Notes: a model not told the origin generated them from the sequence alone. A stretch of DNA of 64,000 nt from an uncultured Clostridia bacterium (GCA_944389125.1 CALXLF010000012.1:66794-130793); one strand, 5' to 3'. Shown: positions 9,356 through 21,471, counted from the first letter of the stretch. A program made the numbers and translations.

Positions 9356-10222
9356 ATGTTGTTTGAAATTTTTTTCTGGTTGATTCTTTTGACATCCTTT
9401 GTCTGCTTCATGATGGACTTTGCCAGAGCAAAGCCCGATGTTGACAGAAATGCCAACTTTATGTATGACTTCGGCATGGTCTTGGTGATGGTTTGCATCA
9501 CCTTGATCGTCGGACGACTTGTCATAATGTTGGCAGATACTGGATATCTATCTTCTGATCTAAAGGCAATCATCATTGCTGAGTGTTTCTTTATGATGAT
9601 ATTCCGCAAAATTCTGGCCGTCCTGGTTCAGGGTATTGTTGGGTATCTGTGCTCTGTTGATAACGCCTTTGCTCAGCGTGTAGAGCCCTTCTTGATTATC
9701 AAGACTCAGGATCCACTGTCTCCCAAGCCGATGCAAATCAGTCTTGGAGTGCTCAGGATTGGACATACGCTGATTTATGTGCTCTGTGGAGTCATCACAG
9801 CAATATGCTCTGCAATTCCTGGATTAACTAACAGTAGAATTAATGTCCTGCTGAATCAGGTTTCAAACCTTATTGCTAAGGTAGTTGGAACACTTGGCAG
9901 TCGATTTATTTTTATGCTGTGGATTATTGCACTTGTAGGATTCTGGGTAATGATTGTTGTGTATATAAGGAAACTTTATACCAACTTCTTAAACCTGCTA
10001 GAAGGTGACTATAGTGAGATTCAGAACATTAAACCACTCAGGTGGGCAATCATTATTATGTTCTGGGCTCGCAAGCTATTCTCTTACATCTTCATTATGA
10101 CAAATTATCGCCTGCAGGACTTCGTGTTCTGGTGGTTTGTCAGTGTTGGAGTTGTTGCTATAGTTTTCTGGCTTTGGCAGCGTGCAAAAAAAATGGGCTA
10201 CACAGCTCCATCTATCTGGTAA
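9356..10222 (+). CDS. Polytopic membrane protein (288 aa), unknown function, in the GC-rich islet
   Basis: AAGGAGG lies 7 nt upstream of the ATG. About 7 hydrophobic segments. It sits 12 nt after the previous stop, so the two genes look like an operon. No family recognised. Confidence 0.6.
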   Translation: MLFEIFFWLILLTSFVCFMMDFARAKPDVDRNANFMYDFGMVLVMVCITLIVGRLVIMLADTGYLSSDLKAIIIAECFFMMIFRKILAVLVQGIVGYLCSVDNAFAQRVEPFLIIKTQDPLSPKPMQISLGVLRIGHTLIYVLCGVITAICSAIPGLTNSRINVLLNQVSNLIAKVVGTLGSRFIFMLWIIALVGFWVMIVVYIRKLYTNFLNLLEGDYSEIQNIKPLRWAIIIMFWARKLFSYIFIMTNYRLQDFVFWWFVSVGVVAIVFWLWQRAKKMGYTAPSIW

Positions 10223-10265
10223 CTGTTCAACATTCCCGTCGGCAACTTCGCTGGCGGGAATTTCT

Positions 10266-10809
10266 TTATGCAAATAAAAATTTAATTCCTAATAAAACCA
10301 AAATTGCCCCTCCTGTTATTTCAGCTTTTTCTTTATGTTTTATTCCATAAAAGTTTCCTATAATAACTCCTAAATATGATAAAATTAAAGCAACAATTCC
10401 AATTACAAAACTTGCAAAATATATATTTGTATCTAACATTGCAAACATTATTCCTACTGCTAATGCATCTATACTTGTAGCAATACTTAATATAGTTATT
10501 TCTTTAAAATCATATTTTGCCTCTTCTATCTCTTTTGGCTCAAATGCTTCACAAATCATTTTTCCACCTATTGCTGAAAGCAAAATAAATGCAAATAAAT
10601 TGTCTATCGCATCAATGTATTTTGTAAAATTTATTCCAAGTAGCCACCCGAATAATTGCCATTAAAGCTTGAAAACTTCCAAAAAATATAGCAATTGTAC
10701 CTGCATATCTATAATCTATTTTTTGCATTTTTAAACCTTTACAAATTGCAACTGTAAAAGCATCCATAGCAAGTCCAAGTGCAATTAAAAAAATCTGAAT
10801 AAAATTCAT
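10266..10809 (-). pseudogene. mntP: Manganese efflux pump MntP, interrupted by a 1-nt frameshift at CGG 10650..10648
   Basis: The two track ORFs (10612..10809 and 10266..10583) carry the duplicated MntP half-motifs LAMDAFTVAI and SIDALAVGI. The junction reads ATT ATT CGG GTG. Skipping one base gives I-I-G-W-L-L-G-I-N-F-T-K-Y-I-D..., which is contiguous with the second ORF. The span is 544 nt, i.e. 3n+1. Confidence 0.8.
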
Positions 10810-10870
10810 AAAAATTCTCCTAAACTCATTTTTATAATTTTATTCAGAATAAAGCTATATATTAATTTTT

Positions 10871-11954
10871 TTATTTTTCTTTCAAATTAATTTCTATTTC
10901 TAATTCTTCAGTCCCTCTTAGTACATCTAAAACAATTTTATCTCCTGGGTTTTTAGAATATAAATATTCTGTTAATTGTTGCATTCTTGTAATTTGTTCA
11001 TCATCTACAGTACGTATTATATCACCTGGTTCTAATAAATCTATTGCAGGACTATTTTCTAATATCTGCTCTATATAAACTCCACTCTCTAGCTCTACAC
11101 CCAAATTTAAATATTTTATTACATCATAATCAAATCCATGCACTCCCAGATAAGCTTCTTTAAATTCACCATCTTGTTCTAATTTATTGATTATATTTTT
11201 TACTCTATTTATTGGAATAACTGAATTTAATTTACTTGAAGTAATTCCTATTAATTCACCTGAAGAATTTAAAATAGGACTTCCTGTTTGTGAACTATCA
11301 ATAGTAGAATTTATTTTTATAACATCTTCTATATATGTTGTTGTATCATCATTTATGATTTTATAAGTTTTATTAATTTCACTTATAATTCCTGTTTGAA
11401 TTTTTTGATTAAAATCATACCCATTTGGATTACTAATCATATATATTTCTTCACCTAAATTTACAGAATCTGAATCACCAAAACCTAAAGTTATTAAATT
11501 ATTTGATGCTATTTTTATAATAGCAATATCCATTGTAGAATCTATCCAAACAACTTGAGCAACATAATCATCTCCATTTTTTAAAGTGACATATACATTT
11601 GACCCAACTTCGCCTACTACTGATTGATTTGCTAAAATGTAACCATCTGACGAAATTATTATGCCACTACCTATCCCCAATTTTTCTTCTGAATTTTCAA
11701 CAAAAATTGATGTACTTGCTTCATTTAATTTTGAAATTCCGAACTACAGAATAAATACTATTTTTCATGAGATTTTCAATATTAAATTCATTTGCAACTG
11801 CTTCTGTTCCTGTTTCTTCTGTATCCTCTGCATAGCTTGAATAATCTATATTTAATTTACTTACTAAATTAAGCAATATTGCAATAATAATCATAAGAAA
11901 TACAATTATTATAAAAGTTCCCAAATAATTATTTTTCTTTCTTTCATAATACAT
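10871..11954 (-). pseudogene. HtrA/DegP-like trypsin-fold protein with a PDZ domain. It is frameshifted at CGG 11741..11739 and its catalytic triad looks degenerate.
   Basis: The N-terminal TM fragment (11721..11954) and the protease/PDZ fragment (10871..11680) join as S-V-V-G-I-S when one base is skipped at GTT CGG AAT. The span is 1084 nt, i.e. 3n+1. Expected TNNHV reads ANQSV, expected GNSGGP reads SQTGSP, and the Asp box DIAIIKI is retained. Confidence 0.75.
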
Positions 11955-12039
11955 ATTTTAACCTCTCCTAATATCTATAATATTTCATATTTTTTCCACA
12001 AAAATATAAAATATACTCTTTATTTTTTGTCTTTATGTA

Positions 12040-12068
12040 TTGATTTTTTTTTTTAATATTAATATAAT
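12040..12068 (+). promoter_or_regulatory. Candidate sigma-A promoter of the NRPS gene
   Basis: TTGATT (12040..12045), 17-nt spacer, TATAAT (12063..12068), 36 nt upstream of the start codon. Confidence 0.45.
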
Positions 12069-12103
12069 TAGTTAAAATTAACGGGATATAATGGAGAAAG
12101 AAG

Positions 12104-15100
12104 ATGGAAAAGAAATTTTATAATTTAAGTAACCCTCAAAAAGCATTATTACTTACAGAGCAATATTATAAAGGCTCAAATATAAATAATATATGTGGTA
12201 CGGCAATTGTAAATAATATTTTAGACTTCGAAAAATTAGAGAAAGCCATTAATGAAGTTATTAAAAATAATGATAGTTTTCTAATAAAACTCGAAAAAAA
12301 AGATGGCAGATATGTCCAAACAATTAAAGAATTTAAATACTTAAAAATTGAGCTTGTTAAGCTCGCTTCAAAAGATGAAGTTTCCAATTTAGAAAATGAA
12401 ACTTTATCAAAAGTTTTTGACATAGAAAAAAATTTATTTGAATTTAAAATGTTCGAATTTCCAGATCAAACTGGAGGCTTTTTGCTTAACATTCATCATA
12501 TAATTGCAGATGGATGGTCTTTAGGCTTAATCTGTAGAAAAATTATGATTGAATATTCTAAAATTATGGGAGAAGAAATAGAAGAAGTTTCATCTTCTTA
12601 TATTGACTACTTAAATTCTGAACAAGAATATTTTAAATCAACTAAATTTGAAAATGACAAAAAATATTGGTTATCAGTTTTTGATACAATACCTGAGCCT
12701 GTGACTATTCCTGGTTCTTTAAATTCTAATGAAATTTCATGTAAAGCTAATCGTAAAGAATTTATATTATCTAAATCTTTAGTTAGCTCTATTCAAGACT
12801 TTTGCGCTCAAAATAAAATTTCAATCTTTAACTTTTTTACAGCCATTCTATCAATTTATATGTATAAAATAAGCAATATTGATGACTTTGTAATTGGTAC
12901 ACCTATTTTAAATAGAACCAATTTTAAAGAAAAAAACACAGTTGGTATGTTTGTAAATGTTGCTCCTCTTAGAATAAAAATAGATAATCAAAATAATTTT
13001 ATAGATTTTGCAGATTCTATAGCTCATATATCAAAAGATATGTTAAGACATCAGAAATTTTCTTATTCAAATATTTTGGAAGATTTAAGAAAAAAAGATT
13101 CTACAATTCCAGGATTATATAATATTGTTTTATCATATCAACTTACAAAAGCTAATAATGTTTCAAAATATAATTACGTAACACGTTGGTGTTTTAATGG
13201 AAACTGTAGTGAAGATATTGAAATTCAAATTTATGATTTAGATGAAACTGGAAGCTTAAATCTTGCTTTTGATTATAAAGTAGATAAATATTTAGAAAAA
13301 GATATTGAAAATCTTTATAATAGACTTTTATATATAATAAATCAAATTTTAGAAAATAATAACAAAAAATTGTATGACATTGAATTTGCAACAGAAAAAG
13401 AAAGAGATGAAATTTTAAATAAATTTAATAATACTAAAACAGAATATCCTAGAGATAAATCTGTTGTGGATTTATTTGAAGAACAAGTAAAACTTTCTCC
13501 ACAAAAATCAGCTGTATTTTTTGAAAATACTGTACTAACTTATGAAGAATTAAATTATAAAGCTAATTCAATTGCTTCATATTTAAATAAAAATGGAGCC
13601 AAAAAAGAAGATGTTATTGGAATATTTTTAGATAAGTCTTTAGAATCTATTATTTCTATTTTAGGAATTCTAAAAGCAGGATGTGCTTATTTACCAATAG
13701 ATATTACTTATCCTGAAGATAGGATTGAATACATGCTTTCAAATTCAAATACAAAATTTATTTTAAGTAATTCAAAATTTGAAAATAAATTAAATACAAA
13801 AATTAAAATTATAAATTTAGATAATTTTGTTTATGAAAGAAAAGAAAACCTAGAATTAGAAATTAAACCTGAAAATCTTGCTTATATAATGTATACATCT
13901 GGTTCTACTGGAAAGCCAAAAGGTGTTATGGTTGAACATAGGAATATAGTAAGACTTGTAAAAAATACAAATTACATAAAATTTGAAAAGAATGAGAGAA
14001 TATTACAAACAGGCTCTATAGTTTTTGATGCATGTACTTTTGAGATATGGGGTGCTCTTTTAAACGGATTTGAACTTTTTGTTATAACAAAAAATGATTT
14101 ACTTGACCCTATCTCACTTCAAAATTATATAGACACAAATAAAATTACTATTTTATGGCTAACTTCTCCATTATTTAATCAACTGTCAACTAGTAACCCA
14201 TATATTTTTTCAAATGTAAAATACCTACTTACAGGTGGAGATACTTTATCACCTAGCCATATAAATTTAGTTATGGAAAAAAATTCAAATCTAAAAATTA
14301 TAAATGGATATGGGCCTACAGAAAACACTACATTTTCAACATGTTTTAATATTAAAGAAAAATATACTGACAATATTCCAATTGGATATCCAATTGCAAA
14401 TTCAACATGTTACATAGTAAATAATGAATATAAACTTTGTCCTATCGAAACAATTGGTGAACTTATTGTTGGTGGTGATGGAGTAAGTAGAGGTTATTTA
14501 AATGCAAAAGAATTAACTAAAGAAAAATTTATAAGCAATCTTTTTGGAGAAAAAAGACTTTATAAAACTGGTGACCTTGTTAAATGGTTACCTGATGGTT
14601 CTATTTCATTTATAGGAAGAGCTGATAATCAAGTAAAAATCAGAGGAAATAGAATAGAGTTAAATGAGATAAACTCTAAAATTTTAGAATTTGAAAATAT
14701 TAAAGAATGTGTATGCTTAGTAAAAGAAATAAATGATGAAAAAGTAATTTGTGCTTATTATGTTGAAAACTCTAAAATATCTGTAAATGAATTAAGAAAA
14801 TTTCTTCGTCATAGTTTACCAAGCTTTATGATACCAAGTTATTTTATAAGTTTACCAAAAATGCCTTTGAATGCAAATGGAAAAATTGATAAAAAATTAT
14901 TACCAGAACCTAAAACATCAGAACATGAAACTAAAGATATTATTAAACCAAGAAATTCTATAGATGAATTTTTAGTTAAAACCTTAAAAAATCTTTTAGA
15001 AATTTCAGAGATAAGTATTGATAACTCATTCTTTGATTTAGGTGGTGACTCTTTAAATGCTATCAATTTTTGCACTATTATAAATCAAAAATTTAATGTG

Positions 15101-18100
15101 CATTTATTAATACAAGATATTTTTAAAAACCCTATTATATCTGAATTATCAGACAAAATAAGTAATCTAAGTTCATATAAAATTGACTCAATTAAAAAAA
15201 TTAAAAAAGCTGAATTCTACCCTACTTCAGCTGCACAAAAAAGAATTTATTTTTCAAGTATGATGTCTGATACAAATTCTAAAGTTTATAATATTACTGG
15301 AGGTATCGAATTATCTAAAAAAATTGATACTAAAAAAGTTCAAAATATATTTAATGAATTAATTAGAAGACATGAAAGTCTTAGAACATACTTTGAAGTA
15401 GTAGACGGAAACTTAGTTCAAAAAATATTAGACACAGCTACAATAAATCTAGAAATATTTGATGGAATAAATAAGACTAAAGAAGAAATTCTTAATGAAT
15501 TTGATAAACCTTTTAATTTGTCAAAAGCACCTCTTATAAGAGTTGGAGTTATTGATAATAGGAATTATATGATTTTACTTAGTCTACATCATATTATAGC
15601 TGATGGAACTTCACTTCAAATATTGGTTGATGAATTTTGCAAATTATATAATAATGAAAAAATAAGTAATTTAAAATATACTTACAAAGATTATACAAGT
15701 TATGAGAATAATTTATTAGAAAATGATATGAAAGAATCTAAAAATTATTGGACAACTAAATTTAAAAATGGAACTGATACATTAAACTTACCACTAAGTT
15801 ATATTCGTCCACCATTATTTACTTTTAATGGAGCAAAAATCTATAAAAAATTTGATACAAAGACCACAGCGCAGATTTTAAATTTCTGTAAAACATATAA
15901 TGTAACTCCTTATATGATCTTATTAAGTGCTTTTTACATATTGCTAAACAAATATTCAAATAATACTGAAATAACAGTTGGGACTCCTATTGCAAATAGA
16001 AATCTTCCTGATATTTCAAATATTGTTGGTATGTTTGTTAATACACTAGCAATCAAAAGTCAAATAAATACAAAAGATACTTTTTTAAAATTTTTAGGAG
16101 AAATTAAGACTAATTGTTTAGAAGCGTTTTCTCATCAAGAATACCCATTTGATGAATTAGTCAAAGCTTTAGATTTACCTAAAAATATTAGCAGAAACCC
16201 ATTATTTGATGTAATGTTTACATACCAAAATAATGGTGATCCTGAAATAAACTTAAACGGAATTACGGCTAAATATTTTAAGCCTGATACAGGTATATCA
16301 AAATTCGACTTAAGTTTAGAAATTATTCCAAATGAAACTGAATTAGAACTTACTTTTGAGTATTGTACAGATCTATTTAATAAAAAATTTATTGAAGAAT
16401 TAGCTTTACATTATATAACATTAGTAAATAATATTCTACAAGAACCAACTAAAGAAATATCTTTATATAAAATACTTACACCAGAAGAAGAAAATAAAAT
16501 AATAATTAAATATAATAATACAAACTTAGATTTTGATAGAAGTCAAACAATTATAAGTATGTTTGAAAAAGAAGTACAACAACATCCTAATAAAACAGCT
16601 GTAATTTTTGGAGATCAAAAATTAACTTATAAAGAACTTGATGAAAAATCAAATCAAATTGCTAATTTCTTAATTAGTCAAAACATCACAAATACTGATA
16701 TTGTTGGAATTATGCTTAATAGATGTATTGAAATGTTAGTTTGTATGATTGGAATTTTAAAAGTTGGAAGTGCTTATCTTCCAATTGACCCTGAATATCC
16801 TGAAAATAGAATTAATTATATTATTACAAATAGTAATGTAAAATATATATTAACTCAAAATAATTTAATTGTTGAAAATGAAAACTGTAAATATATAGAT
16901 GCAAAATTAGATACATCTAAAATTTATACAGAAAGTATATCAAAACCTAATACTGTAGAATTACCAACAGATTTAGCATATGTAATTTATACATCTGGTT
17001 CAACTGGAAATCCAAAAGGAGTTATGATTACAGTAGAAAATGTAGTTAATTTTGTTTATGGCATTTTAGAAAAAGTTCCATTTGAAAAAAATACTATTAT
17101 GGGATCACTTACTACAATGTGTTTTGATATATTTGTTTTAGAGTCTTTATTACCAATGATGACTGGGCTAACTACTGTAATAGCAAGTTTTGAGGAGCAG
17201 ACTATTCCACAGAATTTAAACAATATGTGCAAAAAAAATAATATTACTGTTTTGCAAACAACACCATCAAAATTTTTACTATTACTAAGTGATGAAAAGT
17301 CTTTAGATTATGTTAAAAATCTAAAATATTTATTATTAGGTGGAGAAGCTTTCCCTTCTACCCTACTTTCTAAAATAAAAAAGATTAGTAAAACAAAAAT
17401 ATTTAACGTTTATGGTCCAACAGAAACTACAGTATGGTCATTTATTAAAGATTTAACACATTCAAATACAATAACAATTGGAAAACCGCTTTGTAATCAA
17501 TATGGATATGTTTTAGATGATAATTTAAATGTATTACCATTTGAGATTCCTGGTAATCTTTATATAGGTGGTCTTGGAGTTACAAATGGATATTTAGGAA
17601 AACCTGATTTAACTAATGAAAAATTCATAGATAATCCATTTAGAACTGGTGAAAAAATATATAATACTGGAGATGTTGTTAAATTACACCAAAATGGAGA
17701 AATTTCTTATATTGGACGTTCAGATTTTCAAGTAAAAATAAACGGATTAAGAATTGAACTTCGGAGAAATTGAAAAACAAATATTAGCATTCGGAAATAT
17801 AACAAACTGTGTAGTTACAGCTAAAAAAGATTCAAATGATAGAAATATTTTATGTGCATATTTTACATCTGACATAAAAATTTCTAAATCAAATCTAAAA
17901 TCTTTTTTAAGAAAGAGTTTACCTACATATATGATTCCTGTATATTTAATTCAATTGGATAGTTTTAAATATACACCAAATGGAAAATTAGACCAAAAAG
18001 CTCTACCTCTTCCAAAATTTATGCAAAACAAACGAGATATTATACTTCCAGAAACTGAAACAGAGAAAAAAATCTCTTTGATAATAGAAGGGATTCTAGG

Positions 18101-19490
18101 TATTTCACCAATAAGTATAACTGACAACTTCTTTGATATAGGTTGTGATTCTTTAACTGCCTTACGTATACAAATTGATTTATTAAATGAAGGTATAAAT
18201 GTTTCTTATGCAGATATTTTTAAACATAGTACTATAAAAGAATTAGCATTAAAAATAGATTCTGAAACTACTGATATAGACAGTATTGATGATTATGACT
18301 ATGCACAATTAAATGAATTAATTAAGAAAAATGATTATTCATCACTTGATAAAATAAAATATAGTGATATTGGAAATGTAATTCTTACAGGAGCTACTGG
18401 GTTTTTAGGTGCACATATATTAAATTATTTATTAACCAAAACTCAAAAAAATGTATATTGTTTAGTTAGAAAAAATTCAAGATCACCTATCAAAACAAAA
18501 TTGCTTTCAAGATTAGAATACTATTTTGGAGATTCACTTGATAATTATCTAAATAACAGATTCTTTGTAATTGAATCAGATATTACTAACTCTGATCTTG
18601 GACTAACTAAAAAAGATTATAATTTACTAATTCAAAATGGTAATTGTGTTATAAATTCTGCTGCAACGGTTAAACATTATGGATATTATAGTGATTTTGA
18701 AAAAATAAATGTAACTGCTGTTAAAAATCTAATACAATTTTGCTTAGAAAATAATAAAAAACTAATACATATCTCTACAACAAGTGTATCTGGAAATACA
18801 GTTATTGGAGAAAATGCAAATCAAAATATTTTTGGAAAAGATATTATTTATACTGAAAAAAGCTTATATAAAGGTCAATCTTTAGAAAACCTTTATGTAA
18901 AAAGTAAATTTGAAGCAGAAAAAGTAATTTTAGAGAATATTTTAAATAATAATTTGGATGGATTAATTTTAAGAGTTGGAAATATTACTCCTAGATTTTC
19001 AGATGGAAAATTTCAAATAAATAGCAGTGAAAACGCATTTATGAATAGAATTATAGCTTTTAATAAATTAAAAACTATTCCAGAAAACATTTTAAATATT
19101 CCTCTTGAATTTACTTATGTTGATTATTTAGCATCAGCAATTGTAAAAAGCGCCGAAAATTATAATAAATCAATTAATATTTTGCATTTATATAATCCAA
19201 ATCATCTTGATGTTGAAACTGTTATAAAATTACTTGGAACTGGAATTCAACCTGTGCCACAAAGTGAATTTAAAAAAATTGTAAAAAAGGTTTTAAATAA
19301 TCCAGCAAAAAAAGAAATAATATCTTTTATAACAAATGATATGGACAAAAATTATAATTTAGTATATATAACAGATATAAAATTAAAAAACGATTTTACT
19401 AATAAGTTTTTAGAAAAAATTGGATTCAAATGGCCAATTCCTAATGAAAGCTATATTAGAAAAATAAAATCACTTATAAAAAATAAATAA
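12104..19490 (+). pseudogene. Dimodular non-ribosomal peptide synthetase, C-A-T-C-A-T-R (terminal thioester reductase). As assembled it is split by a 1-nt frameshift at CGG 17762..17764.
   Basis: Core motifs, module 1:
- C: HHIIADGWS
- A: LAYIMYTSGSTGKPKGV, YKTGD, GRADNQVKIRG
- T: FFDLGGDSLNA

Core motifs, module 2:
- C: HHIIADGTS
- A: LAYVIYTSGSTGNPKGV, YNTGD, GRSDFQVKINGLRIEL
- T: FFDIGCDSLTA
- R: LTGATGFLGAHIL

The junction CTT CGG AGA becomes RIEL-G-EIE when one base is skipped. The span is 7387 nt, i.e. 3n+1. Confidence 0.9.
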
Positions 19491-19511
19491 ATTACTAAAG
19501 AGGAGGAAAAA

Positions 19512-21335
19512 ATGTCTAAAGAAAGTTCTTTGGTATTATTGTTACTTTCTACCTTAATATTACTTGTAATGTTTTACTTTATAAATAAAACAAAATCTAG
19601 CTCTAGAAAAAAATTAGTAAAATATTTTAGTATTGTAATAGTTTTATTACTAATTTGGAATTTAGGTTTAATATTACAATTATCACTTTCAGAAAAATTA
19701 AATGTTAGTCCAATATATTTTGATTTTATAACATATTTTGGAATTGTATTTGTACCTATTGCACTTTTACTTATGTCTAAAACTTTTATAAACCCAAATT
19801 TTAAAATTAGAAAAAAGCATTTACTATTATTAATAGTTCCAATAATATCACTAACAATGCTATATACAAATGATTTTCATCATTTATTTTATATAAAATA
19901 TTCAACTGTTTTAAATGAAATTGTATATGGACCATTTCTATATTTACATTTAGCTTATACATATATATTAATAGCAATAAGTTTAATTTTACTATTAAAA
20001 CATTCAATTAAATATACTGGTGCATTTTCAATTCAATCAATTTTGTTTTTAATTGCTATTGCAATTCCTGTTGTTGTAAATGTTGCTGGTTTGTTAAATA
20101 TTTTTAATGGAATGGATATTTACCTAACTCCAATTTCATTTGCTTTATCAGTTTTATTTATAGCTATTGCAATATTTAAATTTGATTTTTTAAATATAAA
20201 TACTATTGCAACACAATTTATTATTAGAGCAATTACAGATAGCTATTTAGTATTAAATAGAGAAAATGAAATAACTTTATGTAATAAGTCATTTTTAGAT
20301 AATTTTGCAATAACAGAGGAAAACCTATTAAATCATAATATATTTGATGTAGCAGAGATTAGAAAAGAGTTTTCAAGAGATGACATAGAAATTTGTTTGG
20401 AATTAATTAAAGAAACCAAAAAGAAAATAACAACTGAAAAATATTTTAAAAGAAATGATAAATATTACTCTATTGATATCTCTCCAATATTAAAAAACGA
20501 TAGTTATATTGGTACATTAATAATTTTAAAAGATGTAACAGAAAAAGAGCATGATAAATTACAAATAAAGTCAAATCAAGATTTATTAATTGAACAAGAG
20601 CGTTTAGCTTCTCTAGGTCAAATGATAGGCGGAATTGCTCACAACTTGAAAACTCCAATATTTTCTATAGCTGGTGGCCTAGAAGGGCTTTCAGATTTAA
20701 TAAAAGAATTTGATGAATCAATAGATGACCCTCAGGTTACAAGTGAGGATATGCATGATATTGCAAAAGATATGAATGATTGGATTGTTAAATTAAAAGA
20801 ACATGTTTCTTACATGTCTGATGTTATAACAACAGTTAAAGGACAAACTGTTACAATGAGTGAATCACAAAACGCTAGATTTACTGTTAAGGAATTATTT
20901 GACCATGTGGTTATTTTAATGCAACATGAATTAAAAGAAAAATTAACAATTTTAAATATCTCAAATAATGTTCCTTACAATTCTACTATTTATGGAAATA
21001 TTAATAGCTTAGTACAAGTTATAAATAATCTAATTTCAAATGCTATTGAAGCTTATATAAATACTGATAAAGAAAGAATAATTAATTTATCTGCAAATTA
21101 TGATGAAAATACTAAACATATAATTATTTCTGTACAAGACTTTGGACCTGGTCTTCCAGAGGAAGTTCAAGAAAAAGTTTTTAAAGAAATGATAACAACA
21201 AAAGGAAAATATGGAACTGGACTTGGATTATTTATGTCATATTCAAATATAAAAGCTCATTTTAAAGGAAATCTTACTTTTAAAACTGAAAAAGATAAAG
21301 GTACAACATTTATAATTTCAATTCCAAGTAGATAA
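19512..21335 (+). CDS. Sensor histidine kinase with an N-terminal 7TM sensor domain, PAS, HisKA and HATPase_c
   Basis: About 7 N-terminal TM helices and a PAS-like segment. H-box LASLGQMIGGIAHNLKTPI. N-box NNLISNAIEA. G-boxes DFGPGL and GTGLGL. RBS is GAGGAGG. Confidence 0.85.
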   Translation: MSKESSLVLLLLSTLILLVMFYFINKTKSSSRKKLVKYFSIVIVLLLIWNLGLILQLSLSEKLNVSPIYFDFITYFGIVFVPIALLLMSKTFINPNFKIRKKHLLLLIVPIISLTMLYTNDFHHLFYIKYSTVLNEIVYGPFLYLHLAYTYILIAISLILLLKHSIKYTGAFSIQSILFLIAIAIPVVVNVAGLLNIFNGMDIYLTPISFALSVLFIAIAIFKFDFLNINTIATQFIIRAITDSYLVLNRENEITLCNKSFLDNFAITEENLLNHNIFDVAEIRKEFSRDDIEICLELIKETKKKITTEKYFKRNDKYYSIDISPILKNDSYIGTLIILKDVTEKEHDKLQIKSNQDLLIEQERLASLGQMIGGIAHNLKTPIFSIAGGLEGLSDLIKEFDESIDDPQVTSEDMHDIAKDMNDWIVKLKEHVSYMSDVITTVKGQTVTMSESQNARFTVKELFDHVVILMQHELKEKLTILNISNNVPYNSTIYGNINSLVQVINNLISNAIEAYINTDKERIINLSANYDENTKHIIISVQDFGPGLPEEVQEKVFKEMITTKGKYGTGLGLFMSYSNIKAHFKGNLTFKTEKDKGTTFIISIPSR

Positions 21336-21341
21336 TTTTCA

Positions 21342-21378
21342 AGTGACATAGTATACAAATAACTATGTCACTTTTTTG
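21342..21378 (+). terminator. Rho-independent terminator between the two kinase genes
   Basis: 11-bp stem AGTGACATAGT (21342..21352) / ACTATGTCACT (21362..21372), followed by TTTTTT. Confidence 0.7.
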
Positions 21379-21471
21379 CTTCAAAACTCTTGACTTTATT
21401 TAGATTTAAATAGATAATTAAATATATTATTGTATAAATTTTACAAAAGATTATAAGGAGTGCAAACGAAA

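Noticed and set aside
8935-10262. Mobile element (IS, transposon or prophage) call for the GC-rich islets here and at 58127..58722
   Set aside because: No transposase, integrase, recombinase, terminal inverted repeats or flanking direct repeats could be found. I report only compositional evidence of foreign origin.
8947-10350. Several ORFs inside the GC-rich islet (8947..9150, 9169..9609, 9178..9366, 9560..9766, 10042..10350 and 10076..10273)
   Set aside because: Higher G+C removes stop codons in all frames. These ORFs overlap the two RBS-preceded membrane-protein genes, lack RBSs, and give Arg/Pro/Thr-rich or Cys-rich nonsense.
10810-10870. Possible yybP-ykoY manganese riboswitch upstream of mntP
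   Set aside because: Only about 60 nt separate mntP from the upstream gene. That stretch is almost pure A/T with no room for the four-helix riboswitch fold.
12166-15075. Minus-strand ORFs inside the NRPS gene (12166..12423, 13194..13391, 14179..14373 and 14839..15075)
   Set aside because: They are antisense to an ORF with a complete set of NRPS core motifs.
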